The notes: generated by a model from the letters alone, not told the origin. A stretch of DNA of 64,000 nt from Smithellaceae bacterium (GCA_963667845.2 CAXXVL010000002.1:704001-768000); one strand, 5' to 3'; numbered from the stretch's first letter, positions 9,941-20,892 are shown. Program-made: numbers and translations.

Positions 9941-10886
9941 CCGGATGCCGCTCCCCTATTGTCACTGGTGGAATTTCGCCTTCTTCCTTATCGGGCCAAA
10001 TGATGGACGATATAACTGATACAATGAGAATTGAAGCAATGACGATCAGCGAGGCCGCAACAGGCACATGGAAGAAGTCTTCAATAAGCATCTTGATCCC
10101 GACAAATGTCAGGATAGCCGCCAGACCGTAGTGGAGAAGATGGAATAACTTCATCAGGCTGGAAATGGCGAAGAAAAGCGATCGCAGGCCTAAAATCGCA
10201 AATACGTTCGACGTATAAACAATAAAAGGATCTTTAGTGATAGCCAGTACGGCGGGAATAGAATCAACGGCGAAGAGAATATCGGTGGTTTCGAGGGCGA
10301 GGAGGACGGCCAGCATCGGCGTTGCGAAACGCACACCGCGCTTCAGGATAAGAAATTTTGCTCCGCAAAATGTTTTGGTGACCGGAATGAAATAGCGAAG
10401 CAGTTTTATGGCGATGTTCTTATCCGGATGAACTTCCGTCTCTTTGTTGAGTGCCATTTTTACACCGGTAAAAATCAGGAAAGCTCCGAAAATGTACATG
10501 ACCCAGCTGAAGGCATTGATAAGTGCAACGCCGGCAAAGATAAAAATGCCGCGTGTGATCAGCGCCAGCAATATCCCCCAGAAAAGTGCCTTATGTTCAT
10601 AAGCATGCGGAACATTGAAAAACCGGAATATCAGCATGAAGACGAAAAGGTTGTCGATGCTCAGCGAGTATTCAATAAGATAGCCGGCAAGGAATTCCAT
10701 GGCCTTGCCGTGCCCATAGAAAAAATAAACGCCGGCACAGAACAGGAGCGCCAGCGTCACCCAAAAAAGTGTCCACAGCATGGCCTCCTTCATCTTTATG
10801 ATGTGTGATTTACGATTGAAGACGCCAAGGTCCAGAGCCAGCATGGCCAGGATGAAGACCGCGAAGAATATCCACCACCACATCAT
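9930..10886 (-). CDS. TerC/Alx family membrane protein
   Basis: EYSLSIDNLFVF, DILFAVDSIPAV, SNVFAILGLR motifs. Confidence 0.93.
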   Translation of the reverse strand: MMWWWIFFAVFILAMLALDLGVFNRKSHIIKMKEAMLWTLFWVTLALLFCAGVYFFYGHGKAMEFLAGYLIEYSLSIDNLFVFMLIFRFFNVPHAYEHKALFWGILLALITRGIFIFAGVALINAFSWVMYIFGAFLIFTGVKMALNKETEVHPDKNIAIKLLRYFIPVTKTFCGAKFLILKRGVRFATPMLAVLLALETTDILFAVDSIPAVLAITKDPFIVYTSNVFAILGLRSLFFAISSLMKLFHLLHYGLAAILTFVGIKMLIEDFFHVPVAASLIVIASILIVSVISSIIWPDKEEGEIPPVTIGERHPDEK

Positions 10887-10904
10887 GAATGCAATCCCTT
10901 ATCA

Positions 10905-12236
10905 TTAGATTGACCGGCCAAGCGCCTGAGCCGCGTTGTGGATGACGTCCCAGGCCGGGCTGAAGGGCGGCGCATACGCCAGATCCAGATAGCCGATCTG
11001 ATCAAGATTAAGTCCCGTCCACAGGGCAACGGAAAGCACATTAATCCGACCCACAACACCGGTCGCACCGACGGCCTGAGCCCCCAAAAGCTTTCCTGAT
11101 GACCTGTCCGCAATCAACTTCAGACCGATCGGGCTCGTTCCCATAGCCGTCGACATCGCATTGCCCCAGGTGATGTTGCTTGCGGGCGAGTAGCCGCAGT
11201 CTATAGCTTCCTGCTCTGAAATCCCCGTGGCAGCACATTCCAGATCGAATAACCGGAAGGATTGAGCGCCGACAACGCCGTCAAAAACCAGCGGTTTGCC
11301 GCCGATATTTCGACCGGCAACGCGTCCCTGCTTGTTCGCGATATCGCCCAGGGGTATGTTTACGAAGCGGCGGCTGACTTTATGAAACGATTCACAGCAG
11401 TCGCCCGCGGAATATACATTTTCACGGGAGGTCTGCTGGGCAAAGTTGACGGCAACTGCACCGGATTCGCCTATTTCCAGACCGAGCGATTTCGCCAATT
11501 CCACATTAGGCCTCACGCCGATCGCCAGTAAGACCATATCGCCTTCCCAGTCGCCTTTGTCCGTAATTACGCGAAGCTGCGTCTCATGTCCTTTTTCAAT
11601 GGTCTTCGCTACAGCAGTGGGGACAAACTCAACGCCATGACTGCGTAATTCTTTGAGCATAACAGACGAAAGAGCAGCGTCCCAGCGATTAGCCGGCAAT
11701 TCGCTGTTATGAATAATCGTTGTCTTGATGCCGGCGGCATGCAAGGCCTCGGACATTTCCAGTGCGATAAAGCCTCCGCCGATGATGATGACGCGCTTAG
11801 CACTTTTTTCTCGAAGCCAGGCCTTGATCTGCATCGCATTTTCCAGATTTCTCAGTGAGAAAACGCCGGGGAGGTTGATTCCCGGCATGTCCGGAATGAC
11901 GGCCGACGTGCCGGTCGCAATAACCAGGGTGTCGTAAGGGAACCGGCGGCCGTCTTTTACCGCAACGATGTTCTTCTCCGGATCAATATCAACCACTTCA
12001 GCATTTAGCTGTATGTCGATGCCGCCCTCGCGGAACTTTTCAGGTGTACGTGCAATAAGCAGATTAAGATCGGAAATAAGATCGCCGACATAGTAAGGCG
12101 TCGGGCAGGATGCGTAAGCCGCAAACTTGCCTTTTTGTAAAACCGTAACGTTTAGAGAAGGGTTGTTGCGTTTTGCCTCAGCGGCCGTAGACGCCCCGCC
12201 GGCGCCGCCGCCGATAATCATTAAGTTATTGCCCAT
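10905..12236 (-). CDS. FAD-dependent pyridine nucleotide-disulfide oxidoreductase (CoA-disulfide reductase / NADH oxidase family)
   Basis: IIGGGAGG, single redox Cys in YASCP, IIGGGFIALE, GDC, YAPPFS. Confidence 0.9.
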   Translation of the reverse strand: MGNNLMIIGGGAGGASTAAEAKRNNPSLNVTVLQKGKFAAYASCPTPYYVGDLISDLNLLIARTPEKFREGGIDIQLNAEVVDIDPEKNIVAVKDGRRFPYDTLVIATGTSAVIPDMPGINLPGVFSLRNLENAMQIKAWLREKSAKRVIIIGGGFIALEMSEALHAAGIKTTIIHNSELPANRWDAALSSVMLKELRSHGVEFVPTAVAKTIEKGHETQLRVITDKGDWEGDMVLLAIGVRPNVELAKSLGLEIGESGAVAVNFAQQTSRENVYSAGDCCESFHKVSRRFVNIPLGDIANKQGRVAGRNIGGKPLVFDGVVGAQSFRLFDLECAATGISEQEAIDCGYSPASNITWGNAMSTAMGTSPIGLKLIADRSSGKLLGAQAVGATGVVGRINVLSVALWTGLNLDQIGYLDLAYAPPFSPAWDVIHNAAQALGRSI

Positions 12237-12249
12237 ATTCCCTCCGTGT

Positions 12250-13095
12250 TCATACCTTACGGATGGATACCCGCCTGCGCCATAGGATGACTGCTATACC
12301 TGCCAGCATCATTAATGTACACAGGACCTGCCCCATCGTATTGAATCCGAGGACAAATCCGAGTTGCACGTCCGGCTCGCGGAAAAACTCGATAATAAAG
12401 CGCACCAGACCGTAACCAAAAACATAAAGGCCGACAGTGAAACCAGTAAATGGGCTGCGTTTACGAATCATCCACAGAACGATAAACAGGAACAGACCCT
12501 CGAAAAGCGCTTCGTAAAGCTGAGAGGGATGCCGCAAACTCTGCGAAGCATCCAACGGGAAGTACATCCCCCAAGGCACGGTGGTCACACGGCCCCAGAG
12601 TTCGCCATTAATGAAATTGCCGAATCGCCCGAACATATATCCCAGGGGCACCGCCGCGCACAGCCAGTCACCGAATTGCCAGAGATTGATCTTGTGCTTG
12701 CGACAGAAGTAAATCGTGATTAAAACAACGCCGAGCAGTCCGCCGTGGTAGGACATACCACTCAAACCCACAAAATGGACGCCATTGGAAAAATCAAAAG
12801 GCAGGATGATTTCCAGCGGATGGGACATGTAATAGCTGAAGTTATAAAACAGGGCATACCCAAACCGCGCACCGACAATCAGGCCAACCATCGCCCAGAT
12901 CAGGTAATCCTGAAAAATTTCCGCCGTTAATGAAATTTCTTTGCGTTTAATCCGGTAGACAAACAAAAGATAAACTATGGCAAACGCCACCAGATACATC
13001 AGACTGTAATAACGTAGCGGAAAGGAACCGATACTGAAAAGCGTTGGGCTTATGTGAGACGGCAAATGCTGCCAGGTGTCGATAAATGATCCCAT
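12250..13095 (-). CDS. lgt: Prolipoprotein diacylglyceryl transferase
   Basis: GMSYHGG, GRFGNFINGELWGR, RHPSQLYE, EFFREPD. Confidence 0.97.
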   Translation of the reverse strand: MGSFIDTWQHLPSHISPTLFSIGSFPLRYYSLMYLVAFAIVYLLFVYRIKRKEISLTAEIFQDYLIWAMVGLIVGARFGYALFYNFSYYMSHPLEIILPFDFSNGVHFVGLSGMSYHGGLLGVVLITIYFCRKHKINLWQFGDWLCAAVPLGYMFGRFGNFINGELWGRVTTVPWGMYFPLDASQSLRHPSQLYEALFEGLFLFIVLWMIRKRSPFTGFTVGLYVFGYGLVRFIIEFFREPDVQLGFVLGFNTMGQVLCTLMMLAGIAVILWRRRVSIRKV

Positions 13096-13207
13096 TATAT
13101 TTCCATTTCCTTATTCCGAAATTGTATCTATAAATCTAATAGATGCTGCCCGAAGAACGTTTCTTCGAGCCGGCAGATCTGAAGTTGGATTCGCCGGGGT
13201 AAGAGAA

Positions 13208-14170
13208 TCAATAGGTTTGACCTTTCACATCATCGATATAATACTCGGCACTATGAACGGCGTTTGCACCATCACCGGCGGCAGTAACAACCTGACGGAA
13301 ATGCTTCGAACGGCAATCTCCTGCAGCAAAGAGGCCCGGCGCACTCGTTCTTAAATTTTCATCCGTAATAATAAAACCAGTCTTATCCATTTCCACAAGG
13401 CCCTGGAAGATTTCTGTATACGGCAGGCGACCGACAAAAATGAAAGCTCCATCAGCTGATATTTCACTTATATTTCCAGTTGCTACATTCTTCACCCTGG
13501 CGCCCGTAACAAAATCACCGCCGTTAATTTGTTCAATTGTCGCATTCAGGATGAATTCAATCTTTTTCTCGGCGAAAGCCCTTTTTTGCAGCACACCCGC
13601 CGCGCGCAGGCGATCCCGGCGATGAATGACAATGACTTTGTTTGCAAAATGCGTCAGGAAAAGTGCTTCCTGAATAGCCGTGTCGCCGCCTCCCACAACG
13701 ATAACATCACGATTCCGGTAAAATGGTCCGTCACAGGTAGCGCAATAGGATACGCCTTTTCCAACAAATTCAGCTTCTCCCGGAACTCCGAGACTCCGCC
13801 ACATCGCGCCCGTTGCCGCAATAATGCTGAGAGCCTTATAAACTTTGGCACCGGCGGTTACTTCCCACCTGACGGAAGCAGAAGAGTCTTTCTTAACTTC
13901 CGTTACATCTTGAGAAAGAATTTCCAGACCGAATTTCAGCGCCTGTTTTTTAAAGAGCTGCATCAGATCGAACCCATTGATGCCATCGGGGATACCGGGA
14001 TAGTTTTCGATCATATCGGTCATCGTAATCTGGCTTACGGTGCCTGCACCTTCAATGAGCAAGGTCTTAAGCGCAGCCCGTGCAGCATAAATACCAGCCG
14101 TATAGCCCGCCGGTCCGCCGCCGATAATAATAATATCATAATCATATTCGAGCAAGTTTGCCTGATTCAT
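13208..14170 (-). CDS. trxB: Thioredoxin reductase
   Basis: GGGPAG, GVSYCATCDG, HRRD, AAGD motifs. Confidence 0.97.
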   Translation of the reverse strand: MNQANLLEYDYDIIIIGGGPAGYTAGIYAARAALKTLLIEGAGTVSQITMTDMIENYPGIPDGINGFDLMQLFKKQALKFGLEILSQDVTEVKKDSSASVRWEVTAGAKVYKALSIIAATGAMWRSLGVPGEAEFVGKGVSYCATCDGPFYRNRDVIVVGGGDTAIQEALFLTHFANKVIVIHRRDRLRAAGVLQKRAFAEKKIEFILNATIEQINGGDFVTGARVKNVATGNISEISADGAFIFVGRLPYTEIFQGLVEMDKTGFIITDENLRTSAPGLFAAGDCRSKHFRQVVTAAGDGANAVHSAEYYIDDVKGQTY

Positions 14171-14513
14171 AAGAAAAGCTCCTGGAAATTTATTGGTGAC
14201 TTTAATCAGGAAGAGGGGCTTTTGTAAAGTTTAAATTGATAGAATTTCACGCGGCACCGTTAAGGCATGTCTTTCAGGTCGCCTTCAAATGAGCAAACTG
14301 ACCCCGCCTGTAAAATTCCGCCGCGCTTGTCGGGGACAAGCACCACCTTGAGCAAATTACTTGCATGCATTATCCGCGGTTCTCAGGCGGCAAGATAAAA
14401 TTGCCCGAGAGCATAGCGATTTTGGGCGCCATACGGATCCAAGTTGATTGCAGTCTCCTTCTCGGCCGAAAGACTGACAAACATAATTTATGATGTAAGC
14501 TGCTTGACATAAT

Positions 14514-14590
14514 TGGTGCCCCTGGCGTGAGTCGAACACGCGGCCCACAGATTAGGAATCTGTCGCTCTATCCTGCTGAGCTACAGGGGC
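14514..14590 (-). tRNA. tRNA-Arg(CCT)
   Basis: Cloverleaf GCCCCTGTAGCTCAG...ACAGA-TTCCTAA-TCTGT...GTTCGAC...GGGGCACCA, with CCA encoded. Confidence 0.95.
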
Positions 14591-14666
14591 AGCCGTAAGG
14601 TCGTTTACCATAGGAGGTCGAGGTCGCCGTTTAACATTCTTTGCCAGGACTGTCAACCTTGGGGCC

Positions 14667-15578
14667 TCAGGCATCCGCGAAATCCTTTAAATGCTTTTCC
14701 AGCAAGCGGTTTTGATCAAAGTTGACCAGCTTCAGATTTTCGGGCTTGGTACCGGCAAAGGCGCATTTGGGCGCAAGGCCTATCAATTCGGACTCTAAAA
14801 TCTCAATACCGCGATCAGCCGCCAGCGCTTCCACCTGATCATAAATCGCTTTCAGCGGTGTTTCTTTGCAATTGGTGAGATTGATGGAAACCTGGGCCAA
14901 TTTTCTGCTTTTTAGAATGACGCCGATCGCACGCACATGCGGGAGACCACCACTTTTTTCCCGGATCTGCGATGCTATTTTTTGCGCCAGCCGCAGATCA
15001 TCACATTTGAGATTGATATTATAAGCGACCAGTGGCTCGCGGGCCCCTACGGCTGTTGCACCCCCCTGCGGATTAAATTCAGGCTTGCCGACATCAGGCG
15101 CATCCGCCGGATTGGATAATTTATTTCTCAGCGCTTCATAGCCGCCGCGCCGGACATTCGCAAGTTCCCGCCGTTCGGGAATCAGGGCCGCATGCCCATA
15201 AAAATAGACGGGCACTCCGAATCGTTCATAAAATTGCCGGCCGAAACGATGAGCCAGATCAACTGCTTCCTCCATCTTTGTTTTTCCCAGAGGAATGAAA
15301 GGCACGACATCCACGGCGCCCAGTCGTGGATGGACCCCTGTTTGCTTTCGCATATCAATCAGCTTTAAAGCCTGGTCCGATGCCGCCAGCGCCGCTTCCA
15401 GCACATCATCCGGTTTCCCGAGAAAGGTAAAGACACTCCGATTATGATCACTGTCGCCACTATAGTCGATCAGGTGGACGCTGGAAAATGACTTCAATAC
15501 GTCGGCAATCGCCTCGATCTTATCCAAATCGCATCCTTCGCTGATATTCGGCACGCACTCGATAACTTTCATATTCAT
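14667..15578 (-). CDS. ftcD: Glutamate formimidoyltransferase (stand-alone FT domain)
   Basis: IECVPNISEG, DHNRSV, HPRLGAVDVVPF, GATAVGAR; start overlaps the upstream stop (ATGA). Confidence 0.92.
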   Translation of the reverse strand: MNMKVIECVPNISEGCDLDKIEAIADVLKSFSSVHLIDYSGDSDHNRSVFTFLGKPDDVLEAALAASDQALKLIDMRKQTGVHPRLGAVDVVPFIPLGKTKMEEAVDLAHRFGRQFYERFGVPVYFYGHAALIPERRELANVRRGGYEALRNKLSNPADAPDVGKPEFNPQGGATAVGAREPLVAYNINLKCDDLRLAQKIASQIREKSGGLPHVRAIGVILKSRKLAQVSINLTNCKETPLKAIYDQVEALAADRGIEILESELIGLAPKCAFAGTKPENLKLVNFDQNRLLEKHLKDFADA

Positions 15579-16219
15579 ACCTGATAGAATTTTAGAGTCG
15601 GCAACTCGACACACGTGAGTTTGCCGCCATAAACTGCGCCCGTGTCAATACCGATCTTATTTGCGGTAACCAGAGGCGCGGTGAAATGCGTATGCCCGAA
15701 TATGACCCGCTTCCCGAAATCGTATTCGGAATCAATAAACGTCTGCCGGATCCATTGCAGATCGTGAACGTCTTGGTCTGCAAGCGGTAGACCGGGTCTC
15801 AGGCCGGCATGGACAAATATGTATTGGTCCGTTTCGTAGTACGGCAAGAGAGATTCGAAAAAGCGCAGATGCTCTGTGGGAATTTTTTCTTTTCTCACAA
15901 GGGGGGCATCCCAGCGGGATATGCCGTAAGCTTGAAGCGTCATTCGGCCGCCGTTGGCCAAATACAGGTCCTCATCCTTTCCATCTATGTAACGCATGAA
16001 CATGGATTCGTGATTTCCGGAAAGGCAGATCACTTTCCCATAGTCTTTCCTGAGTGTCAAAACGTAATCGACTACTTCCCTGCCTCCGGGCGCACGGTCT
16101 ATAAAATCGCCAAGAAAGACAAGCCTGTCGCTTTGCGGATCGGCAGTTATAACCTGGATCAAGCGCTGGAGATCCCCTAGGCAACCATGTATATCTCCGA
16201 TGGCAAAGATTTTATTCAT
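15575..16219 (-). CDS. Metallophosphoesterase (bacterial PPP-family Ser/Thr phosphatase-like)
   Basis: GDIHG, GDFIDR, GNHE, HAG, GHTH, IDTG motifs. Confidence 0.93.
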   Translation of the reverse strand: MNKIFAIGDIHGCLGDLQRLIQVITADPQSDRLVFLGDFIDRAPGGREVVDYVLTLRKDYGKVICLSGNHESMFMRYIDGKDEDLYLANGGRMTLQAYGISRWDAPLVRKEKIPTEHLRFFESLLPYYETDQYIFVHAGLRPGLPLADQDVHDLQWIRQTFIDSEYDFGKRVIFGHTHFTAPLVTANKIGIDTGAVYGGKLTCVELPTLKFYQV

Positions 16220-16245
16220 CCCTACTTGCCGTCATGAGTAATGCC

Positions 16246-17178
16246 TTAATCTAAGAGGGCGTTCGTAAAATCCTTACTGTCGAAGATTCGCAAATCATCC
16301 AATCCTTCGCCCACTCCGATAAAACGCACCGGCAACCCCAGCTCACCGGCTATGCGCACGACTACGCCGCCCTTCGATGTTCCGTCAAGCTTGGTCAGCA
16401 CAATGCCCGTTGCACCGATATCCTCTTTAAACATTTTTGCCTGCATTACGGCATTCTGACCTGTGGTGGCATCAAGAACCAAGAGTATCTCATCTGGTGC
16501 GCCGGGCAATTCCCGACTGATAACCCTTTTGACCTTTTTGAGTTCTTCCATCAGATTGGTCCGGGTATGCAAACGGCCCGCCGTATCCACAATAACAACG
16601 CCGTTAAAACCGGCCTTAATCTTCCCGACTGCATCAAAAACCACAGCGGCGGGATCTGCATTCATTTTTTGCTTGATCACAGGTGCGCTGACGCGTTTGC
16701 CCCACACTTCGAGCTGCTCAATGGCGGCAGCCCGAAAGGTGTCGGCGGCAACCAGCAATATTTTATGCCCGTCCTGGCTGAGCAGGTTGGATAATTTACC
16801 GATTGTCGTCGTCTTACCACTGCCGTTGACACCAATGGCCATGATCACAAACGGCCGATCCTTTGGAATCATCAATGGCTTTTCAATTTGCTGCAGAAGC
16901 GCCATCACACGTTCCTGTAAAACTTTTTTAATCTGCGGTGCGTCCTGCAACTCATTTCGCTTCATTCTCTGCTTAACGTCGTCAATTAAATCATACGTAA
17001 ACTGCGGCCCCATATCCGCCGAAATCATCAGTTCTTCCAGTTCATCGAAGAGGGATTGATCCAGGACCCTCTTGCCAAAAACGAGATTATCGAGATTCTT
17101 TGTCAGGGCATTACGCGTTTTGGTCAGCCCTGCTTTTAATTTATCAAATAAACCCACGTATCTAACAATTCCTTTCAT
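16246..17178 (-). CDS. ftsY: Signal recognition particle receptor FtsY (start may be GTG at 17157)
   Basis: GVNGSGKTTT, DTFRAAA, DTAGR, TKLDGTSKGG. Confidence 0.97.
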   Translation of the reverse strand: MKGIVRYVGLFDKLKAGLTKTRNALTKNLDNLVFGKRVLDQSLFDELEELMISADMGPQFTYDLIDDVKQRMKRNELQDAPQIKKVLQERVMALLQQIEKPLMIPKDRPFVIMAIGVNGSGKTTTIGKLSNLLSQDGHKILLVAADTFRAAAIEQLEVWGKRVSAPVIKQKMNADPAAVVFDAVGKIKAGFNGVVIVDTAGRLHTRTNLMEELKKVKRVISRELPGAPDEILLVLDATTGQNAVMQAKMFKEDIGATGIVLTKLDGTSKGGVVVRIAGELGLPVRFIGVGEGLDDLRIFDSKDFTNALLD

Positions 17179-17273
17179 TAATTATCGTCTCTCTGACACG
17201 TAAACCACAAAAGAAGGCGTATCGCCTCACTGTCATCTCATAACGATTTTCTTGGTTAAAGTAAAGGAGTGGA

Positions 17274-20200
17274 TTAGTTCAGGTTGACGGAAACAAGAGA
17301 TGATATCCCCTGCTTTTGCATGGTCACGCCAAAAAGTGTGTCTGCGACTTCCATCGTACTTTTATTATGAGTAATCATAATGACCTGGGATGATTCGGCA
17401 ACATCCCTGATCAGCCGGTTAAACAGGTTGGTGTTGGCGTCATCGAGCGCGGCATCGACCTCGTCCAAGATCAGGAATGGCGTCGGACGATACAGCAGAA
17501 TGGCAAAAATTAATGCGATCGCCGCGAGCGATTTTTCACCGCCGGACAACAGACTGACGCTCTGTGCCTTCTTGCCTGGAATCTGAATATCGATATCGAC
17601 GCCCGTTTCCAGCAGATCACTTTCATCAGTCAACAGAAGTTCGCCCCGGCCACCGGGGAAAATATGGGCGAAAGTTTTTTTGAAACATTCGTTCACTGCC
17701 GCAAAGGTTTCGGCAAACCTTTCGCGGGATATCTTATTAATGCGCGTAATTGTCCTTTGCAGGGAGGCCAGTGATTCATTCAAGTCGGCCAATTGCGTCG
17801 TCAAAAACTGATTGCGTTGATCCAATTCAGCATATTCATTCAGCGCCAGCAGATTCACTTCGCCAAAGTTTTCAATCGTTTGCTTATCTTTTTCCAGAAG
17901 GGCGGTGAGTTCAACGATTCTGTCATCGTCCACTCTTGTGAAATCCGTCATCATAACGGCCAGATCAACGTTATGCTTTTCAGCGACCGCGTTCTGCAGA
18001 TTTTCGATATTTAAAGCCGCTTCACGGCACTGCATTTCCAGCTCATGTGCTTGCCTCTGCAAATCATCCAGTTTCTTCTTGATTTCCCGGATCTCGCTTT
18101 CCTGGACTTTCAGCAGGTCGTCTTCGAGCACCCGCTTTTCCTTCACTTCGGTTAACACAGATTCGCAAGACGACAGATCCTGGTAGAGCGACTGCAGTGC
18201 TGTCTGCTCCGCTTCAATCGTGGCGGACAGTTCGGCTGCTTGTTTTTCACAAGCAACAATCTCTTCTCTTTTTCGTGCCGCTTCACTTTGATTGACGTCA
18301 ATATCATGTTGTAACCGTGTCACGGTTCTTAAATCCGCTTCTTTCTTTTCCGCCAGAGAAGCCAGCAAAACTTTCTTCTCCGTCAAACGTTTCTCCTGAG
18401 CATCAATGGCGGCTCTCGATTGCTGTCGGCGACTATTGAAGACAGAGATGATTTCGTTCAGTTCCTTTTCTGCCGCTTCTTTTTGGAAAAATTCCTCTTT
18501 TATCTCAATTAATTTCTGCTGGGCCTGGGCTTCTTCTGTTTTAATGTTCTGACGATTGTATTCTAGAACGGAAATCCTTTGCTTTAATCTTCCCGTTTCG
18601 TCTTCGAAGCGTTCGAGATCTTTTTTCCGTCCGTTGATTTCTATTTCCAGCCGATGAGACCTGTTTTTCAATCCGCTAAGCTCTTCATCCCACCGTGAAA
18701 TTGAGGAACCCAGTTTCTTTTTTTCCTGAATTTGATCCTCGAGTTCGATGGAAAGTCTTTTAACTTCCGTCTCCAGTTCGGAAATTTCTCTTTTTGTCGC
18801 CAGCAAGCTCTTTTCCACGGCCGATCCGCTGCCGCCGGTCAAGACACCGTGCGGGCTGATGGTGTCTCCGTCCGGTGTCACAAAAGTGCCCCGGAAACCA
18901 TTCTTTTTCCATAAATTAATGCCCGTTTCAATCGATGGAGTCAGTAAAACGTCCCCTAGGAGACAATCGGCAATCTTCTTAAATTCGTCTTGAACGACTA
19001 CCTTGCGTAGCAGCGGCTCTGCATCCTGAAGATGCTCGGCACCGTAAGTTTCGGCATAATTGCCACGCAATTCAACGGGAACAAAACTGCCTCGTCCCAA
19101 TTGAAAATTCTTCAAATAGTCGATGGCGCGTAAGCCTTCTTCCTGATTCTTCACAACAACATATTGCAGTTTATCGCCTAAAACCGCTTCCACCGCTGAT
19201 TCATATTCACGTGGAACGTTGATGTGATCGGCCACAACGCCGTAAAAAGTGTCCGGCTTTTCCTGAGTTTCAATGACTTTTTTCACTCCGTCATTGGACC
19301 ATTTAAAAGCAGCTTGAAATTCTGAGAGAGACTGCAGGCGAGATGATTTGCCCCCCGTATCTTCTTTGATTTGCATGATTCGTTCTTCAACGATTTGCAA
19401 ATCCGCCCTGGATCTTTCCAATTCATCGGCAGTCGCCTCTTTTTGATCGACAAGTCTTGAAATTTCTTCTTCTTCGGCCGCCAGGGCCGTAGTGAGTGAT
19501 TGCAATTTTTCCGTCAACTCGGACAATCTGCTTCTGTCTTGTTCAATTTCGCGGACTTCCCTCTCCTCGCGCTTTTTGAAATCGTCCATACTTTTGTTGA
19601 GGCTGGTTATGATATTGTTGAATTTGGCCAGATCCTGCATGACATCGATGTAATGGATCTTATGTTCTTCAAGCCGGGAGTTAATTTCCCGATCGCCTTC
19701 CAAGAGCCCCTGAACCTCCCGCTGTCCTTCATCCAATTCCGTTTGGTGCTGGGCCATCTGGTCATAAGAATCCTGCGCTTTTTTCTGTAGATTATCGACC
19801 TCAATAATCAGACCGGACTTCTTGTGCTCCATTGAGTCTATCTCAGTCTGATTCGCTTCTTTACGCTCCGATGCTTCCGTCATCCTGCGGCGCGAAAAAT
19901 CAATATTCTTTTCCTTAATGTTAATTGAATTCTTGATTTCGTACAGCTGAGTTTGATGGCCGTTGATCAGCTCATCGTTTTCCAGAAGCTTCGCTTTAAT
20001 TTCTTCCAGAGCCGATTCCTTCGCCTGCATTTGAGCTTTGACGGTTTCCGCCTGCTCAGAGGACTTTGCTCGGGCGTCTTGCAACGCGGCGTTTCTTTCG
20101 GACAACTTGGCAAAGCCCTGCTGCGATAAGACGAGTTCCGTATCTTTAATCCGCAGTTTTATTTCTTTGTATTGTTCAGCCTTTTTAGCCTGTCTAGCGA

Positions 20201-20822
20201 TTGCTCCCAGTTGGGATTTGACTTCTTTGTGGATATCATTGAGGCGTAAAATATTTTGCTTGGTCGCCTCCATCTTGCGAACTGCGGCTTCTTTGCGACT
20301 TTTATACTTGGAGACGCCGGCGGCATCTTCGATGTATAAGCGCCGGTCCTCCGGTTTGGCTTCCACCAAAGAGGACACGGAGCCCTGCTCAACCAGTGAA
20401 TACGTCCGGGCACCGACACCCGTGCCCATAAAGAATTCTTTGATGTCCAGCAAACGGCACGGCACGCGATTAATGCAGTACTCGCTTTCACCGTCGAGAA
20501 CAACCTTTCGAGAAATGGAAACTTCCGTCAGTTCTCCGTAAACACCCGGAAAACTCGATCCGTTACTTGACAGCGTCATAACTACTTCCGCCATGCTCAC
20601 GGGAGCAGCGTCTTCACTGCCGTTAAAGACGACGTCATCCATTTTCTTGCCGCGTAATGCTTTAACGCGTTGCTCGCCCATTACCCAGCGGATAGCATCA
20701 ACGACGTTTGATTTTCCACATCCGTTAGGCCCGACAATCGCATTGACGCCTTTCGAAAAATCAATAATGATCTTGTCGCGGAAAGATTTGAAACCAGATA
20801 TTTCCAATCGTTTTAGTTTCAT
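17274..20822 (-). CDS. smc: Chromosome segregation protein SMC
   Basis: GPNGCGKSN Walker A, coiled coils, hinge, LSGGEK signature, LDEVDAALD. Confidence 0.98.
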   Translation of the reverse strand: MKLKRLEISGFKSFRDKIIIDFSKGVNAIVGPNGCGKSNVVDAIRWVMGEQRVKALRGKKMDDVVFNGSEDAAPVSMAEVVMTLSSNGSSFPGVYGELTEVSISRKVVLDGESEYCINRVPCRLLDIKEFFMGTGVGARTYSLVEQGSVSSLVEAKPEDRRLYIEDAAGVSKYKSRKEAAVRKMEATKQNILRLNDIHKEVKSQLGAIARQAKKAEQYKEIKLRIKDTELVLSQQGFAKLSERNAALQDARAKSSEQAETVKAQMQAKESALEEIKAKLLENDELINGHQTQLYEIKNSINIKEKNIDFSRRRMTEASERKEANQTEIDSMEHKKSGLIIEVDNLQKKAQDSYDQMAQHQTELDEGQREVQGLLEGDREINSRLEEHKIHYIDVMQDLAKFNNIITSLNKSMDDFKKREEREVREIEQDRSRLSELTEKLQSLTTALAAEEEEISRLVDQKEATADELERSRADLQIVEERIMQIKEDTGGKSSRLQSLSEFQAAFKWSNDGVKKVIETQEKPDTFYGVVADHINVPREYESAVEAVLGDKLQYVVVKNQEEGLRAIDYLKNFQLGRGSFVPVELRGNYAETYGAEHLQDAEPLLRKVVVQDEFKKIADCLLGDVLLTPSIETGINLWKKNGFRGTFVTPDGDTISPHGVLTGGSGSAVEKSLLATKREISELETEVKRLSIELEDQIQEKKKLGSSISRWDEELSGLKNRSHRLEIEINGRKKDLERFEDETGRLKQRISVLEYNRQNIKTEEAQAQQKLIEIKEEFFQKEAAEKELNEIISVFNSRRQQSRAAIDAQEKRLTEKKVLLASLAEKKEADLRTVTRLQHDIDVNQSEAARKREEIVACEKQAAELSATIEAEQTALQSLYQDLSSCESVLTEVKEKRVLEDDLLKVQESEIREIKKKLDDLQRQAHELEMQCREAALNIENLQNAVAEKHNVDLAVMMTDFTRVDDDRIVELTALLEKDKQTIENFGEVNLLALNEYAELDQRNQFLTTQLADLNESLASLQRTITRINKISRERFAETFAAVNECFKKTFAHIFPGGRGELLLTDESDLLETGVDIDIQIPGKKAQSVSLLSGGEKSLAAIALIFAILLYRPTPFLILDEVDAALDDANTNLFNRLIRDVAESSQVIMITHNKSTMEVADTLFGVTMQKQGISSLVSVNLN

Positions 20823-20892
20823 AACGCATCTTTAATCTAGGTGCTAAATTTTAGCAAAGCCTAACAAAAGACATTTCCTTTGTAAAGCAAAA

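Noticed and set aside
10886..10905. yybP-ykoY (Mn) riboswitch before the TerC gene
   Set aside because: Only about 18 bp separate it from the upstream gene, leaving no room.
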